Source: a virus (lineage: Duplodnaviria; Caudoviricetes). Taken from it: a DNA stretch of 60,795 nt. Location: positions 1-60,795 of the IMG/VR virus record IMGVR_UViG_3300038318_000336. The stretch is one strand, 5' to 3'. This document shows positions 56,314 through 60,795 of this stretch, piece after piece; position 1 is the first letter of the stretch, and every line of letters begins with the position of its first letter. The translations under genes and the position numbers were made by a program. The notes beneath the pieces were generated by a model. The model saw only the letters and a list, made by a program, of their open reading frames with translations, was not told where the DNA came from and ran no database searches.

Positions 56314-56550
56314 ATGAAATCTATTTCTGGAAATATTTTTGACAACAACACCCTTTCTTATGGGCAAAAAATTAAAAAAATCAGAGAATTTAAGGGCTTG
56401 AAAGCGTATTATGTGGCAGGGAAGCTTGGGCTTTCTCGTGCCATGTATAGCAAAATAGAAAACGATCACACAGACATTACAGTTGCACGTCTTGAAGAGA
56501 TTGCAGCTGTCTTTGAGGTGCCTGTGTCTCTTTTTTTTCAAGGCAACTAA
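56314..56550 (+). CDS. Cro-like HTH protein
   Basis: XRE HTH divergent from repressor. Confidence 0.85.
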   Translation: MKSISGNIFDNNTLSYGQKIKKIREFKGLKAYYVAGKLGLSRAMYSKIENDHTDITVARLEEIAAVFEVPVSLFFQGN

Positions 56551-56622
56551 ACAAATCGTTTAATTATTTTTATTATAACTTGTCAGGCAACTAAACATCT
56601 ACAGGGAAATGGAGGAAACAAC

Positions 56623-56790
56623 ATGGTTCAGCTTGTTGAAGTTACTTTTCAAAGAGAAGGAACATCTCTTCAGCCAATAGGCGAACCAGAGATAATTGGG
56701 GTTTTGGATGAAGATGTTAGTTGGAAACCTTATTGTGAAGCTATTTTGAAAATCATGATTGAGGATGGTCTCATACCTAATCCCGCCTAA
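56623..56790 (+). CDS. 55-aa hypothetical protein (below ORF-track cutoff)
   Basis: GGAGG RBS; MVQLVEVTFQREG...IPNPA-stop. Confidence 0.6.
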   Translation: MVQLVEVTFQREGTSLQPIGEPEIIGVLDEDVSWKPYCEAILKIMIEDGLIPNPA

Positions 56791-57098
56791 TCTCGAAGAT
56801 AAAAAATGGTCCGAGATAAGATTATCCCGGACCTACAGCGAAAAGTGAGTGGCGAGTGAGTAGAAGTTTTTAGGTTCAGCGGGATGAGGTATCCCTTTTG
56901 AGGATTTTGTGAGAATTTCACGGAGCGTTGAGGCTTAAATTTATTCAATTTTTAAAGTTCATTTTAAGCAAAATTTATTTCTTAATACCAATATAAAACA
57001 TTAAACTTAGCAATTCCATACCTATTTACGCTATATAGTTTGCGCTATGTACTTTACACCATATGCTTAGTTTCAAGGATGGGAGGTGAAACGAACCA

Positions 57099-57377
57099 AT
57101 GAAACAGATAAAGCAGAAGAAAAATGGTCCGAAGCGAAGTTTCCGTAGCGTGAATGAAGCTATAAGATACGCGAGGAACGTAGCTGGCATGACTATGGAA
57201 GCGGCCGCTTGGGAGTTGGGGAACACATATTCTACCTTGTCAAAATATGAACGAGGCAAAACAGAAACTCCTCCCAGGATCATTAGAGATATGGCAAAAA
57301 TCTATAATACTCCATGGCTAACTTATGTGTATTTTGAATTGTATTTTCTCAACGATCCTGGAGAAACGGCCTCATAA
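57099..57377 (+). CDS. XRE HTH protein
   Basis: IRYARNVAGMTMEAAA...LSKYERG. Confidence 0.85.
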   Translation: MKQIKQKKNGPKRSFRSVNEAIRYARNVAGMTMEAAAWELGNTYSTLSKYERGKTETPPRIIRDMAKIYNTPWLTYVYFELYFLNDPGETAS

Positions 57378-57422
57378 AACCTATTCACACAGGGCTAAGG
57401 TTTTAAGAGAGGAGGTGCCAAT

Positions 57423-57959
57423 GTGAAAACATCAAGAAAAAAAGTCAGAAAACCTTTACCCCGAGGAAACTGGGACAATGTTTACGCCCGAGCAAGGTTA
57501 AAATCCGGTTTATCTCAGGAAGATGTCGTGGAAAAACTTTTTATCCCTATCAATAAGTTATCTGCTATTGAAAACTGGCGGATCACACCAGAACCGGAGC
57601 TGGTTATGGCGCTAGAAAATCTTTACGAAAAACCCTTACATAAAAGTTTTTGTCGGCAAGGTTGCATTATCGGACGTAAAACAAAAATGGTTCCGATTAA
57701 TTACAACCTTGAAAAAGCAATCCCTAGACTCTCAATGCAGTTACTGGAACTTCACACCATTGCCAACCAACTACCAGTTTACAAGGAAACAAAAGATGAT
57801 TTAACACCTGAAGAATGGAGGCTGTTTCTGGAGTATGCCAGGAAAGTCGATAAGGTTCAGCGTGATGTTGAAGTGCTAAATGCATATCTAGACCGGTTAA
57901 TTGAGGAAAAAGAAATAGCGGGAGATAAAAAAAGAGCCGCTTGCGCGGCCAAACGGTAA
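57423..57959 (+). CDS. XRE HTH phage regulator with C-terminal helical domain
   Basis: ARLKSGLSQEDV..L...LSAIEN; FCRQGCIIG. Confidence 0.8.
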   Translation: MKTSRKKVRKPLPRGNWDNVYARARLKSGLSQEDVVEKLFIPINKLSAIENWRITPEPELVMALENLYEKPLHKSFCRQGCIIGRKTKMVPINYNLEKAIPRLSMQLLELHTIANQLPVYKETKDDLTPEEWRLFLEYARKVDKVQRDVEVLNAYLDRLIEEKEIAGDKKRAACAAKR

Positions 57960-58047
57960 AGTATTTTGTTTTGCAATGGTATTGTACCATGTTTTGTTTG
58001 ATTGGTACATACCGAAAATTACTAAGTTAATTAGGGAGGTTTTGGCG

Positions 58048-58392
58048 GTGGGGAACAAGACTAGTAAAGAACAAAACAAAGAACAATTGGCCAACATTCT
58101 GGCTGAAATTGAAGAAAAAACTAGAGCGTTAATGTGTATACCAGGTGTCATTCGTTTTTCGTGTAGTAATTACAGCGAGACCCATGAATTACATATATCT
58201 GGCAGGGAATTCCCAAAATTGTTCTCGTTTGAAGAAGTCTCGTTCCGGAAACTTTCATGGCACGAACAAAGGGGCTTCAACTATGAGGTCTCAACCAAAA
58301 TCGGCAACGTCCAAATCTGTGGCGTTCTGACCGAACAAGAATATGAAAAATACTGTAACCAATCTCAGTCGGCCGATCAGGTTACTGCTTAA
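58048..58392 (+). CDS. hypothetical protein
   Basis: GGAGG RBS before GTG. Confidence 0.6.
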   Translation: MGNKTSKEQNKEQLANILAEIEEKTRALMCIPGVIRFSCSNYSETHELHISGREFPKLFSFEEVSFRKLSWHEQRGFNYEVSTKIGNVQICGVLTEQEYEKYCNQSQSADQVTA

Positions 58393-58513
58393 CCGGCCCG
58401 CCCCTATGTTGTGTAGGGGAGAGGAATCAGCGTGGAGGGTGCCGGTGGTCCAAAAAAGATTGCCCAATGAAGCGCACATAAAAAAACAATAAAAAACAAG
58501 GAGGTTAAGGATT

Positions 58514-58858
58514 ATGTCTGATTTTCAAGAAGGAATTGCTCAAATACTGCGTGAAAACAGCGACGAGATAAAAGCAAAAGTGAGTGAAGAACTTCAAAAA
58601 CGCGTGGTAGATTCTTTAAACTATAATGCCCGCGACCAAATCTCAAAAATAGTATCAGATTTTTTTGAGAACGAAATGGTTGATGATATTAAGGCGCTCT
58701 TAAACGAAGCAAAGCCAGCTATGCTTGAGGAATTAAAGAAAAGCATAATCGCCGTGTGTGGTGAACTTGCGAAAAACACAACCACAAGAGCACAAGTCAA
58801 TCTAGACAATAATTGGAAGCTTGAAAAAACGTTAAAGACTTTGTTGGACTTAAATTAG
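58514..58858 (+). CDS. hypothetical helical protein
   Basis: AAGGAGG RBS. Confidence 0.7.
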   Translation: MSDFQEGIAQILRENSDEIKAKVSEELQKRVVDSLNYNARDQISKIVSDFFENEMVDDIKALLNEAKPAMLEELKKSIIAVCGELAKNTTTRAQVNLDNNWKLEKTLKTLLDLN

Positions 58859-59118
58859 AAGCCACGCAAAAAACTATAACTCTGCCGCTCGTGACATATA
58901 ACATTTTCGATACCGGTGATATAGCTTTTGAAGCTGGTATCAAATAACCGGTGGCTGAGACCGGAATATAAAAGCCAAGCTTGACGGCGGTGGGGTTAAC
59001 TACTGGGGGAAACAAAGAGGGAACAACGTACCGTAATAGTCGGCAACGGAACAGATGTAACAACGCAGTTTCTCCCGGCACCAAAAACAAAAAAGGAAAA
59101 GTCTCAATAAAATTAAAT

Positions 59119-59217
59119 GCCGGGGTGGCGGAATGTAGACGCATAACGTGTAGTACGTAAATTTAATAGTGCGGTAAGATCCACACACTGCAGGTTCAAA
59201 TCCTGCCCCCGGCTCCA
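59119..59217 (+). tRNA. degenerate tRNA-Leu(TAG)-like element/pseudo-tRNA
   Basis: acceptor GCCGGGG/CCCCGGC, T-arm GCAGG-TTCAAAT-CCTGC, encoded CCA, Leu-type D-arm; anticodon arm imperfect. Confidence 0.7.
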
Positions 59218-59406
59218 AAGCACACACTGTCGGCGGGGCATGAAAAAAGCTAGTCCTCCGGGTTGTCCATAAGGCGCCAAAGTATACAGCTATAACCCGG
59301 CGATTCCCCGGACGTGGCAATATCTGAATAGGCAGGTTGCGCCAGGGTCAGGCTCCGACAGTTCCATATTAGCCCGAAAATTAAAAATTAAGAAAGGAGG
59401 GTCCGA

Positions 59407-59913
59407 ATGAATAGGTCTAGAGAGATCCTGAACGAATTGGGGGCGGCCGAACTTAAATATAAGCTTCTCTCACTTCCCGGCAAGATGGAAGAACAGAAAC
59501 AAAAAATCCGTCAACTTCGAGAGATTAGTACCGAGAAGGAGCAGGTCAGAGCTTTAAAAGAAGCGATGATTATGAGTGAAGTTGTTTCCGAAACCAATCC
59601 GAATACTGGAAAGCCTGCTTTTTCAAACGATACTGCAAGGAATACAGAAAAACTCCGTCGACTTGCGACTGACGTAGAGTATCAGCAAATAGCCAAGGAG
59701 GCTAAAGAGTCAGAAATGACGGTAAATGCTGCTCAGGATGAATTGGATGGACTTTACAACGAGTTCAAAGCAGCCCAATATGTATCCCAGTTAATTGGAG
59801 CGGAGGTTGCTCTTGTCGCTAATGTATTATTAAGCAACGTCATGGAGCCAGATGGGCAGCTAGGGCAGCAAGGGCAAAGCATTACAGGGTTCAAAAAGGC
59901 TCAAGCCTATTAG
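59407..59913 (+). CDS. coiled-coil hypothetical protein
   Basis: AAAGGAGG RBS; GKPAFSNDTAR motif. Confidence 0.75.
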   Translation: MNRSREILNELGAAELKYKLLSLPGKMEEQKQKIRQLREISTEKEQVRALKEAMIMSEVVSETNPNTGKPAFSNDTARNTEKLRRLATDVEYQQIAKEAKESEMTVNAAQDELDGLYNEFKAAQYVSQLIGAEVALVANVLLSNVMEPDGQLGQQGQSITGFKKAQAY

Positions 59914-59933
59914 AAATGAGGAGGTAAAGATTT

Positions 59934-60795
59934 ATGGAAAACAAAGTTGAAGGAACTGGAGCGTTGGATTTCACTCAATCCGCGCAACCAACAACACCTA
60001 ATACTAATGCAGTAGCTAACACAATTTTAACTCCAACCATTGACCTGCCAATTCTTACTCAAAAAGAAGAAGCTCTCTCGGTCATCCAGGAAAACCTGGC
60101 CGGCTTTGGTAAGCTTAAGTTCGACAAAATCCGGATGCCGGCTGGTGGAGGACTTACTTTTGAGGTGGCAGACGAGTCCGGGGCAGCAGTTCCGGTACAG
60201 GAGATCCGTGGAGTTATTATCGACCATTTCCCGTTCAAGGCTTGGTGGGAAAAGTCGTTCGAAGAAAAAACAGACGATGATGACAAAAGGCCGGATTGCT
60301 ACAGTGCAAACTGCGTTACCGGGACTGGGTGCCCAGAGAAAGGGATCCCTGCAGGGCAGCAGTGTTCAAATTGTAAGTATGGAGCATGGGGGAGCGATCG
60401 TCGCGGTGGCCGAGGGAAAGATTGCTCCGACAAAATTAGAATCCATATTCTTCGCGAAGGCGAAGTGTTCCCGGTGTTTATTGACCTGCCAGCTACCAGC
60501 CATAGCAACCTAAAAGATTACATTAAGCGGCTTACAAATCGGCTTAAACATTACTATGGCGTTGTAACCTCAATCAAACTGGAAAAAGACAAGAACGCTG
60601 CCGGAACTGTATTTTCTAAGGCTACTTTTGCCAAAGCTGCCGACCTTGCCCCAGCTGAAAAAGCTGCAATGAAACAGTATATCGACAGTATGAAAGATTC
60701 CATCCGCCAGATTGATGCAGAAACCATTGCCGCAGAGCCAGGAGACGTTTCTGGAAACAGAGGGCCAGACTTAAATAGTTTCGATTTTGGTCCGG
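59934..60795 (+). CDS. putative ssDNA-binding/recombination protein (truncated by window end)
   Basis: GAGGAGG RBS, open to end of window; FDKIRMPAGGGLTF, PDCYS, CSNCKYGAWGS..GKDC, LPATS, acidic tail. Confidence 0.65.
   Translation, partial: MENKVEGTGALDFTQSAQPTTPNTNAVANTILTPTIDLPILTQKEEALSVIQENLAGFGKLKFDKIRMPAGGGLTFEVADESGAAVPVQEIRGVIIDHFPFKAWWEKSFEEKTDDDDKRPDCYSANCVTGTGCPEKGIPAGQQCSNCKYGAWGSDRRGGRGKDCSDKIRIHILREGEVFPVFIDLPATSHSNLKDYIKRLTNRLKHYYGVVTSIKLEKDKNAAGTVFSKATFAKAADLAPAEKAAMKQYIDSMKDSIRQIDAETIAAEPGDVSGNRGPDLNSFDFGP

Noticed and set aside
60040-60513. 157-aa plus-strand ORF in the track
   Set aside because: Out-of-frame overlap with the RBS-supported gene starting at 59934 that runs off the window.

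Overview
The window is about 61 kb of a temperate siphophage of a Bacillota host, probably a diderm lineage: it has an SPP1-like head and sigma-A/AGGAGG signals, but a lambda/GTA-type tail tip and a GH108 endolysin. Gene order: terminase-portal-head with a moron cluster that includes a Tad1-family anti-defence sponge (0.2-12 kb); neck, tail and tail tip (12-24.8 kb); lysis (28.8-31.4 kb); a HicB-like module and a wHTH/membrane-protein pair; a long co-directional accessory operon (35-49.7 kb) ending in SNF2/ParB(IbrB)/glycosyltransferase/methyltransferase/PAPS-reductase(IbrA) genes; FtsK plus replication-relaxation genes; a large serine integrase with an apparently intact tRNA-like attP in its 3' end; an ImmA/CI/Cro switch; early genes; and a degenerate tRNA-like element. 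The standout is a tightly coupled three-gene cassette at the end of the tail module (24776-27826). It encodes a fibre-like protein whose C-terminal ~200 aa hold about 40 aromatic-X-Asp/Asn tripeptides ([HYW]-x-[DN]), a radical SAM/SPASM enzyme whose own C-terminus ends in HADHAD, and a Cys-motif DUF483-like protein. This looks like RiPP-type (triceptide/cyclophane-like) chemistry applied to a virion protein. Several repeated, covarying RNA structures are also visible. All product calls come from reading motifs by eye; no database searches were run.
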